64,000 bases of DNA from Gnetum montanum. Taxonomy: Eukaryota; Plantae; Gnetophyta. Made by a program: the position numbers and the translations under genes. Each line of letters opens with the position of its first letter. Position 1 is the stretch's first letter. The DNA lies in assembly GCA_015680685.1 (NCBI GenBank), contig MNCI01002612.1, forward strand, positions 348,514-412,513. The letters run 5' to 3'. The notes under the pieces were generated by a model. It saw nothing but the letters and a program-made list of their open reading frames with translations. It ran no database searches and was not told the DNA's origin. Below, piece by piece: positions 1 through 10,662 of the stretch.

Positions 1-445
1 TCTCTTTAACATGCATGAAATAATTTTTTAAAAAACTCTATTTTAGGTTTCTCCAAGAAAATCATATACAAATTTCTCTTCTAACACCTAGATTTTTCAA
101 CTATCCTGGTAAGAAGATACCTTGTATAGTTAATTTTCCAAGCATAAAAATAAACTGATTCTTAGGAACTTATGATTCTTGTCATAAATGTTGTTCTATA
201 GTATTGTCCTATAACTTGATGGTGTAACTCAGAAGGTTGATGTCTTTATAGTTCCCATAATTTTCGATGCCTTCCTTATTCTTGAAGATGGTTACTATAG
301 TTCTTATCCTTTAATCATTTAGCATTTCCCCCTCCTCTAAGGTCTTATTAAATAAATGTGTCAGCTATGTGATCCTTATATTTCCTATGAACTTCCATAC
401 CATTATAGGGATACCATTTGATTGTGTTGCTTCTTTATCTTCATA
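1..445 (-). mobile_element. Degenerate RTE-clade LINE reverse transcriptase fragment
   Basis: Manual minus-strand translation gives GIPIMVWKFIGNIRIT*LTHLFNK...TIVTIFKNKEGIENYGNYKDINLLSYTIKL*...KNQFIFMLGKLTI. This matches the plant RTE RT pattern GIPIEVWK..WLTKLFN..PIFKNKGD..NYRGIKL.SHTMKLWE..NQFGFMPGRST. Multiple stops. Confidence 0.8.
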
Positions 446-1383
446 ACTAGTTTCTTTAATTCAAAAACACATATATATTTGGTTATTGCTTGGGCACAAC
501 CACTTTAAAGGGGTTAGGCTTTGGTTCATCCATCAACCCCTAAACCATGCTTAGCAAGATGAGCATTTAAGCTTTGGGTGATGATTCTTTTATATATATA
601 GTTGATCATTACTATTTTTGATATCTTCAACTAGGAGACCCTCCATTACCACAAAATTCCCTTGTTTAAAAATAAAAAATATTATATTATAAAATATAAT
701 GCATCTCTCATTGATGCATATTAATTTTTAAATATTTTTTATACCTTAAATATAAAAGTAATTATAGGCTGAAAGTTAAACTTTCACTTTCAAATTTTAG
801 ACAAGCTGCACCGTTATCTTTTTTCTTTTCATGCATGCCATGTTGACTCTGATTTTTGTTGGCCTGTGCAAGTGGTTAACAGGAATTTTCCATGCTAATC
901 GTTTTAAAGTAGAGTCTGGAATGCCCATTAAGTATCTATTAGGTGTTGTTTATATGAATGGATTTTCCATAATAATTTGCGTTTACTGTCCATAAGAATT
1001 TCAGTAGATGAATGCACCTGAAAGTTATTAACAATCGTTTATAATAATGTGTAAATTTAAAATATTTTTATAAAAAATTTATTTTGATCATGAAAAGTAT
1101 CAATTGCACTAAATATGAATAAGAAAACAACTAATTTTTAAGATTATATGACTGAAGCCCCCAAATAAGTCTGGTCATTTATATAACGAGAGTCCCCAAA
1201 TCACCAATTACAACAGCAGCAATATGATCATATTCAAAGGTATACATATTCAGAAAAGAAAAAGAACACACAGCTTAAGAACGTCACATCACTTCAGCTC
1301 ATCTCTGCTTCCCTGAAATCATAAAAGATAGTACGTGAATCGGTAAATTTCATTGTCTGAGCTCCTCAAGAAATATCTTCTTT

Positions 1384-4152
1384 TCAGAGTGTCGTCAGGT
1401 TGGATGTTGCTGAATAGTATGTCGTGGTGGAGGTGTCGGCTGCGAATAGTATGGACGCTGGCACTGGAGGCCGCTGCTCAGGGAGCTGGGCTAGTCCCAG
1501 TAAAGTCTTCACCACGTCGCGCATGGTAGGCCTGGCGCCTTCCTCGTCTTGAACACACCACAATGCCATGCACGCCGCCCTCCTCACCTGCTCCTCCTCC
1601 ATGCCAGGCTCGTTCTTCAGCCGCGTGTCCACCACCGCCATCTCATTTCCGGCGTTGATAGCCGCGGCAGCCCAAGCTGGGTAAAACAAACTCTGCTCGT
1701 CGCCGCTACGGTAAACGCGGCGGCCGGTGACGATTTCGAGCAGCGTTCTGCCAAAACTGTATACGTCGGCCTTGTCTGTTATTGGCTGCCCCGACAGCCA
1801 TTCCGGAGCCAGGTAGCCGCGTGTACCACGCATACTCGTCAGCACGCGGCTGAAGTCCCGGCCCGAAAATCTGCGATCTTGGCTTGGAATTGGGCGTCCA
1901 GAAGAATGTTCTCGGGCTTGATGTCGCAGTGGATGATGCGCTCCCGGCACCCATCGTGCAGGTATTCCAGCGCCCGCGCCGCAGCCACCGCAACTGCGAA
2001 GCGCATTTTCCAGTCGAGGCGGCGGCCAGCGTCAAAGAGGCGTGACGCGAGAGAGCCGTTGGGCATGAACTCGTAGACCAACATTCGGTGGTGGCGCTCG
2101 GTGCAGAATCCCAGCAGAGAGAGCCGCACCACGTTGATGTGCTGCACCTGCCCGATGGTGGCCACCTCGTTGCGGAACTCCTTCTCGCCCTGCATGCCCC
2201 TCTCCAATTTCTTCACTGCCACCTCCGTCCCCGCAGCGTCTGCCAGGGTACCCTTGAACACCAGCCCGAAGGCTCCCCCGCCGATGCACTCAGAAAAGTT
2301 CCTGGTGGCAGCGCGTAGCTCTTTATACGAGAACACTTTTAAGGAAACCGGCGAGCATGCAGACGAGCTTCTCTTCTTTATCTGCCTGCGCCGGAAATAG
2401 GATATTACAGCGACTGCAATGAGACTCAATCCGGCCACCCCGACGCCGGCGTACAATCTCACTTTCCTCGCTTTGCCACGATTGCTGGGTGAACCGGGTA
2501 TGTCTCTGTAGTTGAGACGCAGGTACAGAGAAACGCCTTGGTGCATGCCAGATACGTCGCTTCGAAGATTAAGAAGGTCGCCAAACCAGTGGATGCAGAA
2601 GGATTCGTTGCTGGAAAAAGCAGTGCAGGAACAGTTGGCCAGGCACTTACGTCGGCAGGCCTGCGGAGAGAGTAGCCCTTTTTGCGTAACTCCGGCGGAA
2701 GGCAGAGAGTGGCCTGCGAGATTCACGAATCCGTCCCCAGAAACTCTGGAGCTTGCACTGCTAGCGCAGGCGAAAGGGGTGTTGCGGATGCACCCGCCAG
2801 ACCAGTCGTGGGCATCCCAGGCTCTTGGGTTACGGGGACGGTAGCCGGCGAGGCAAGTGCAGGTGCCGGCATTGTTGCTGTTACATGAGGCGAAGGCGCG
2901 GCATGTAGTATAGACGTCACAGGGGTTGGCTGGCGCAGCCCAGAAGAGGCTCCACTGGCCGCTGTTCTGCAGTAAGAGTACCTGCAACTGGCCATTAGGG
3001 TGCAGCCACGAGCGAGCAAGTGGTTGGACAGGAGGATTGTGGTCGTACCAGTAAATGAAATACTTGTAAGAGCCAAGGTCAACGAAACGGTTCCGGAAAA
3101 ATAAGTTTCGCTTCTCCTGAGGGACATTGGTGTATTCCTGGCCGTCCCACACACCGTCGTTCCAGTACGATATGGAGCGGTTCCAGCTGAGATAAAAGCC
3201 GCCGGCCGCGTTCATGTAATGACAAAAGGGCCCTTTTGAAGGATTCCACAGCGATTTCCATCCGCACATAGTTTGATTAGTTCCCATCTTCATGCCCGGC
3301 AGCCATGTATCTCCCGGCTCGTCGAAGCTCTGCCACAAGGCCTCCGATCTGTTCTCCGAAGCTACTAGCACCAGATTTCCTAAGTGTCCAAGTATAATCG
3401 TTTAACATCAGTCATAGGAGGATAGCAGCTTTACTGTTTTGGTTATTTTGTTATTTGGTTCGAGATTTATGAAACTGTGCCATAATGGTAACGCTATTTG
3501 TAACTGGATCTGAATTCTGTCAAAGTCATTTCCTTGCAATAGATTTCTTACAATGCAAATTTGTGAAAAAATAAAAAAATAAAAAATAACCGGTTTACAA
3601 GGCTTCCTAAACTCATAGTGTAAAATGACAAACTCTTCATTTTCATCAAATTCATAGGGCTAATAGAATACATCCAATAAAAAGTACGGTCTGAAAGATA
3701 GACTTATCGCATTAAATGAGGTTACCGTCGTTTTGTATCATAGCTGCGGTGGCGCGTTTTGAGAAACATTTTGTAGACCAGACAATAGACCCATTGGTGA
3801 TGAGCTGCAGAGATGATTCGTTTGTGATGCTGAGAAACGTGAAGGATAGTTGGTTCGTAGAAATAGGGTTCTCTCTGTTGGCGACCCACGCAACAGTAAG
3901 AGAAGCGGCGTTGGCGTACCAGATTCCAACGTACCATCTGGGGCTGGGGCTGGGGCTGGGGCTGGTGCTGCTATCGTCACTGAGATTGAAAAATCCGAAC
4001 ACGAAATCACCGCTACTGGATGTTATGGTGCGCTGGGCGGAGAAGGTTTCTCCTGAGACGAAACGGTCCGCTGCAGCAAGGCTTGGCTTCCACAGCAGCA
4101 GAGATGGCAACAGCAGAACAAGAGATGCAGAATAAGCACGTCCCATGGCCAT
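1384..4152 (-). pseudogene. G-type lectin S-receptor-like Ser/Thr kinase (SD2-like: signal peptide, B-lectin, S-locus glycoprotein, EGF, PAN, TM, kinase), frameshifted in the kinase
   Basis: Exon 1 (4152-3726): MAMGRAYS..LLLL signal peptide, then GDFVFGFF, WYVGIWY, VAWVANRENP. Exon 2 (from 3379): GNLVL, LWQSFDEPGDTWLPGMK, Cys-rich EGF/PAN, TM segment [39 protein letters not shown]. After KIADF the frame shifts at about 1865; [22 protein letters not shown]...DVYSFG...RPTM continues in the 1384-1950 ORF. Confidence 0.9.
3380..3725 (-). other. 346-bp phase-1 GT-AG intron inside the B-lectin domain
   Basis: GAC G|GTAACC ... CACTTAG|GA AAT CTG GTG restores D-G-N-L-V-L in frame. The interval is AT-rich relative to the flanking exons. 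Confidence 0.8.
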
Positions 4153-6227
4153 TTTGTTGCAGAAGTAATCTACCAGGAAAATTAGAGGCTGCCTCTTTAT
4201 TATATGATTGGTAACAAGGGAAATGTATTGATATTCCTGGCCGCCGTGCAGGGACCGTCTGGATCTTGATTCCGTCAACGAAACACTCTCAGCATCCATG
4301 CCGGGTAGCCATAAAGCATTCATGCTGGGTAGTCATAAAGAGGGGATAAGAACATGATTGCAATAATATTAACAATGATTAAAATAATCTCTTATTTTTT
4401 TGCCATGCGCTTCCGTCCACGAAACACCTCACTTTCCAACTTTCCATGCCGGGTAGTCATAACATGGTTGCAATAATAATAATGATTGAAAGAAAATTTT
4501 TACCCTTTTTAAGGTGATTTGGTCATGCCCATTGGTCATAAAGAGTGGATAAGAATATGATTGCAATACTAATTATAATTAAAATAACTTTCTAGCAACA
4601 TTGTAGTGTTACTTGTTACCATTAGGTTAACACTTTATTGTTATGCATAAAAACTAGAGCAAAATTTAAAAGTTCTAGAGTACATATAAAGGATTAGGGT
4701 ATACTATATATGATAACTTTGGGTCATAAAATTGAGCTTTTTTTTTTTGAATGATATTACAAAGATTTGGTCTAATGTAGAAGGTTTTAATGCAAATGTG
4801 CTCTAATGTAGAAGACAAAAGATAATTTTATTAACATCACATTAGATATAGAAGCTCACTATCTCTCAACCACTATTTCAGTTAAGTATCAGAATGTTAT
4901 CAACAAGTTTTGCTTAAGTTCTCATCATCTTAGAATTGAAAATGGAAGACGAATTCAATTCCCCCCAAGAAGAGTGCATTTGTAGGTTGTGCAAGTTACA
5001 AGTCCTTGAAGATGAGTTATATGTGTTTCAATCTTGTGTTGTGATTGCCCATTTAAGACAATATTATAATATTACAATGAAAAGCTTGTGATTTATTTTT
5101 TGATGCCCTCATTAGTGCTTGGTTAATTTTGTGAAGTCTATCTTTATTTTTCATGAAAATATAACATATGTCCAATAGATCCTATGGGACTTCGAATGTA
5201 ATAAAGCTTCAATTTCTTTTTATTTCACAAAGGTCTATTACACTTTTTTATTCATTCATTTCAGCTATTATGCTTGACCCTTAATGAGTTTAGTTTGAAT
5301 GTTTTTGGATAATGGCCACATATCTTAAATCTTTAACCATAACACATATTTGACCAATAAAGGATCATCATCCAAAGGTTTCATTTGGCTAATGGGATTG
5401 ATGGTTGGTGGATGAGTAAGAGTCTAACCACTTTTAAGTGGCCTCACCTAAGCTCAGACTCAGGTTTCACAATTTGAGAAATTGAAATTAAAATTTTTTG
5501 CTTAGATCCACTAAAACCCTTAAATTTGTTAGATCAATATTAAAAATCTTTAAAATACAACATGTAACACTTTAATTAATCATTCAAATTACAGGAGTTT
5601 TTGGAAGAATTCTAAATAATTTCAATTAAAGCGTTGATGTACCATTTAGGTAGAATACCTATACATATCAGCAAAGATCTATCGTCGTTGAAAGTTTATA
5701 TCATAATCTGGTTTTACTCAAAATTACCACGGATTTGGCCAGGTAACAAGACAACTGCTGTGATAAATAAACAAGCAAGAATGGGAGTAGTGATAACAGG
5801 TAGTATTTGGTGGGAACATAGACAAAGTGATTATAAAAATCATTAAATTTTTTTTTTTTTAAAAAAAGAGAAGGCGCACACAAATATATATTGGGCGTTT
5901 GTTATCCGTTACATTTTGCTATCTCATAAAAAAGTGATGCAGTAGCTGCTATATACATTTTGCTTCGTTATGAGACTAACAAATCGAATCAGAGCTCGTC
6001 GTTGATTGTGCTCATTCCGACGTGTACCAGCACTGAATGCAGACAGTTATGTACATTAGAAATTCGTCCTGCCTTACATTTCGATTATGTGCCGTAAAAT
6101 TTTTACGAACCTTGGGTTTCGGAAGCCTCAGCGCGAAGAGAAGCGGATAGGATTTTCTCTCGAAATTTTTAATTTAAATTAAAAAAATTTTATTTAAATA
6201 TTTTATTATTTTGTAATTCATGTCCCC

Positions 6228-6294
6228 ACGTACCTGTCCGAATCTTTGCATATGCTTACGTACCTGTCCGAATCTTTGCATATGCTTACGTACC
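6228..6294. repeat. Perfect 30-bp tandem duplication (TACCTGTCCGAATCTTTGCATATGCTTACG x2.2)
   Basis: Read directly from the sequence. Confidence 0.95.
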
Positions 6295-6983
6295 CAAACA
6301 TGAATTGAATTGTGAATGCTGAATTCCTGGCTTCCAAAAATCAAATTCATTTAATGCATAGCATTTAGACGAGATACGATATCTCGTGCAGTGGACCAAA
6401 GACTCGTAACAAAAGTAGAGGGAAAACAAAACACGGCCCCGTAGTTGTTGCATGCATTTAGTGGTTGTTGTCAACCTAACAGCAGCACTTGTAGTTGTCA
6501 ATGTCGTGCGTAAGAAAGCCGGTCTACATGGACGGCCGGTCGGTTCCATTGGGGTATTAATGCACCTAATTTGATCTAGGTTGTGGGCAAAAGTTACATT
6601 TGTTCTCATTAGACTGTAAAAAGACCAATGTCCTCATCCCATGTCATTAGATGTATGCATGACCAATAGATACTCATTGTCTTATGCTCGTCCATTGTAT
6701 GACTATGCCGATAAAAATGAAATGTGATGCCAACAACGTCTGAACAAAATTTAGGCGCATTTCTTTCCTCAAAGAGGTTGATAGCGGTGGCGTTTTCATT
6801 CCTCAGCAACGTTTACAACAATGGCCCAATCTAATTCAAACTCTCCTGCCTCCTCAGCACTTGGCGTCAAGCTTCTGGATAGGCTTGGGGTCCAAATCCT
6901 CCTCGCATTAGCTCGTGTAAGTGTTTTCATTAATTTTTTATTTTTGTATGTTTCACTACAATTTTATCACACACTTCGACATT

Positions 6984-7039
6984 CCATTTGTATTTCAGCA
7001 TTTCGTCGTAGCCATTTGTATTTCAGCATTTCGTCGTAG
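6984..7039. repeat. Perfect 28-bp tandem duplication (CCATTTGTATTTCAGCATTTCGTCGTAG x2)
   Basis: Read directly from the sequence. Confidence 0.95.
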
Positions 7040-8059
7040 TTGTGACTGTAATTGTTTTCATTTGTATTTTATCTTTGATAGACATTTTAAGTTTACCCTC
7101 ACAAGCCCTTGAATTTTTGTCACAATATGGACTTTCTCTTTATTGAGTATCAATGTCACTTGTATGTGTTTCACATTCTAGCATAGTTAGGGCTTCTTTA
7201 CAAGTTGTGATTCACTGCAATTCACATGAGGGCATAAAGTTTTATGCAAGAACATGCAAGTTGCAAGGGTTATTGCAATTCAGGAAGAGAGATGCATGGA
7301 ACAATGTGATCTCCTGCATAGTGTAGTACATTGCAGTTATCACCTTAAACTAAATTTAGATAGTGTGATGGGCTACGAGTTGCATGGTCTATATAGAGCA
7401 CCATGAAGTAAATTTAGACAATGCCATAGGTTGCATGATGCATAACAACACGGTTTGTGTGTAGTACTTGTTGTGAACCACTTCTTTTCACAGGTGTTTT
7501 GGAAAAGTATTCTATGAGGACATATGAGTCGTCGCAATTAGTAGAAAGTGAGTTAACAAAATTGGATTGTAAAGTGTGCTCCCAACTTTACAAACGAGGA
7601 ATATGAACAACCCTTATCTCACTCAGTAATTGATTTAGTCATTGTCTTGTGAACATTTTTATTTTTATAATTTATTACAGAAGGTTCATTTCATTATTTT
7701 GTTAGTATATCATGTATAATATATTATGATACATTAGTAAATATTACCAATGTTAAGATAATTCTCCATTAATATGATTTATGGTATCACTGCTTGATGT
7801 TTAAATGATTATGATGTGTTTGTAAATATTATCAATGCTAAGATCATTCTCCATTTATATTAATTTCATTGTAGCATTATTAGAGAAGGTCATTATTCTA
7901 TTTACATTTTCGGTCATTTGGGGATATTATTGAAGTTTTGTATAAACATGGAGCTTGTAAAAATGATGGGGATTAGCAAAAGGGGTTTTCGGTGTGTGTA
8001 CTTGTTGTTCTTTATATAGCTTTATTTTACGGTAACATTTTATTTATTTGCATGAATTG

Positions 8060-10380
8060 CAACCATTGGCATTTTCTATGAACATAATCTACAAACAATT
8101 TTAGACTTGCCAAAAATGTCTAGCCTTTCTCAAAAATTGAAGAAAATTGAAATTTATCACTAGATGACAATGGACGGAAGATATGATAAGAATGTTCTTT
8201 ATAGCTTTTATGAATGATGAACTGATAGTGTATCCATTGTAGAAAGTACTCTACAAGCTACCATTCAAGGATAAAATTTCACCTTCAATGTTCATGACAT
8301 TGCAGATGTTATACAAGTTCTGTGTGGTAAAGAGGCAACATCAAGGATTGAAGGTAAAAGAAAAGTGAGAATAATCTAATCCAGTATGATCAGAAACTTG
8401 ATATGAAAGATGATAATCCTACAGATTTTCTAGAGCTATTGTTTCTCTCCAAAATTATGTAGTGGTCTTTATTTCTAGTGAAAGCAACGAAAGCGAAGAT
8501 TTTTAATAATGCAATTTTACTCATGTGGGCATTAGATAATTATGAGAGTGTTTCATTTAATATATCGATGAGTATAATGTTTGAGATAAAGAGGCAAGCA
8601 AAGTTATGGCAGCTACATGATGTGAAAGAGTCCCTTGGCTTTTCAATTATAGTGACAAAATTATTGCTGAAAAAAACATGTTTATTGTATTTCTACCCAA
8701 CTTTATGAAATAGTCAGTCTAGATCCTACAAGCATATTCAAGAGTACATCAATGTCCAAGAAAGGTGAGACCTCCTATTTTATGAAAGAGCATGTTAGCT
8801 AGGTTGCCAACATGAAAAATGCTCTCATCAATCCATCAAGGATAAGTTGGAACATGTGATTGAAATATTAAATAATTATTATCAAAGCAATGTAGTACTT
8901 TGCAATGCTATGGAGGAGTTGAAATTAGAAAGGTCTTGTTTGATAGAAGAAAACATGCAATTAAAGGTCAAAATTAAGAATTATGTAGTTGAAAATAATA
9001 GTTGTCTCCAAAAGTTGAATGCTTAGAACAAAAAAATGGGCAACCAAATTTTCACACTAAATAAAGAAATTATCTCATAAAAAAATGCTACACTCAACAC
9101 TTATGATAGTAGAGACATTAATGCTAGTGTAGTTAATACTATCAAAGGTTTGTGCCATGTTATAAAACCTTGTAGTTTTAATACATTGTTCATATCTTTT
9201 GAAAATTCTAATGATCTTTGTATTGTACATGTGTTGAATAGAACTAATTGACATGTTAGCAATTAAAGCTTCTAGAAGATTATTTGATTCAATTGAAGGA
9301 GAAAACAAACAAGTATATGATCAAGATCATCCAAATAAAGGAACATGTATGTAGACATTTTTGGATCACTTCTTTATGTTTGTTGACTTCCATCTTACGA
9401 ATGTTCATTTGTAGTTGATGTAGACTTCAACAACCCCATTGATCAACCTTCTGGTATAGTTTAGAGAGTGAAGCCTATAGACTTCAACACCCTAATTGGT
9501 CAATCATGTGTGAAAAATGATAGAGTGATGTAGTTGCTTGTCATAGGTAGTTTAGACAGTGAAGTGCTTCTTATCTCACTGTTTCCTCCATTCATTGCCA
9601 CAGGATTGTCTTTCATATTTGTATACCAACTTGGGTGGAAACAATGGCTTAATGATGATTTCATCGATGTGTACATCATGTATCTTAAGCAATTGAAGAA
9701 ATCTATTATTGATTGTTAAGTTTTAGTAAAATAGTTTGTATTTAATACTATGTTTCAAGCATTTGCAAAGTTCCTTGAGAGTTAGATGAAACAAAGCCAA
9801 AAGAACTTGTTGACACATAAAGCAAAGAAACCCACAAAAAGACATGTCATCAATGTTGAAAGTGATACATTGGTTGAAGAAGAGCTTGATGTGTTCATGG
9901 TAGAGAATGACTTCATTGAAGAGGTTAAAAAAATTTACTAGGATGAATTTCTTGAATTGAGACAACAATTCTTTTGTATCCCATTCAATACTGGTGAGCA
10001 TTAGGTGCTTGTGGTTGTAGATACATCTACAAAAAATTGTGTGTGTATGATTCCTTACCTTCTTCTCAACTTGTAACTACTATTCAAAAGTTAATGTCAA
10101 GGTTTGTTGAATTTTTGTTGAAAGGTGATTCTTCAATGGGTGAGAACACAATTGAGGTGAAGGGAAAGCGAAAAAAGTTACCTTCAAAATGGAGGACAGT
10201 GGTTGTGCAAGGTATTCCTGCTTAAGAAAATGGATATGACTATAGCATGTATACAATAATTTTCATGCATCATTTAGTATGTGGAAAGGACATAAATTTT
10301 AGTAGTGAGTTTGTTTCCATGTATCGAAATACCATGATACAAGAAATTCTTAGTTGTTTAGTTCTTGAGCAACCATGAAC
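8060..10380 (+). pseudogene. Degenerate transposon-borne gene: plant-transposon-protein-like N-terminal domain, coiled coil and Ulp1/C48 cysteine protease
   Basis: C-terminal part reads WLNDDFIDVYIMYL (~9645), IPFNTGEH*VLVVVD (~9980-10020, the HW motif), CVYDSLP and QGIPA*ENGYDYSMY (decayed Q-x-N-x-x-D-C-G). N-terminal part reads YDKNVLYSFYE..ATIQG*NFTFNVHDIADVIQV..G and LLMWAL..SFNISMSI..LGFSIIVTKLL. A possible first exon starts at ATG 6821 with a GTAAGT donor at ~6917. Confidence 0.7.
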
Positions 10381-10662
10381 AAAAATATGTGTGTAGCATC
10401 TTGTAAGTGAGAATTGTAATAAGCATGGTTCATTTTAAATTTTTGATATAAAAAAATACAATGATGTAAATGCCTGCTTGCCATCTTTAATGAAAGGTAA
10501 ATTTTTCGTACATGGGACAACTATGTAACTACTAGAAGATTTTTGATTGAAAATATATATGATTTTTATTTGTTTCATAATTTGATTATTATTTTTTGAA
10601 ATGTAAAAAATAGAATCTATAATATTTAAGGTTCAATATGTATTCAAAATATCGTTTCTATT

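Noticed and set aside
1549-2888. Plus-strand and alternate-frame ORFs overlapping the kinase
   Set aside because: Shadow ORFs of a GC-rich coding region; no recognisable motifs.
4153-4323. Upstream in-frame extension (MNALWLPG...) of exon 1
   Set aside because: The signal peptide begins at MAMGRAY (4152), and the extension overlaps duplicated upstream motifs.
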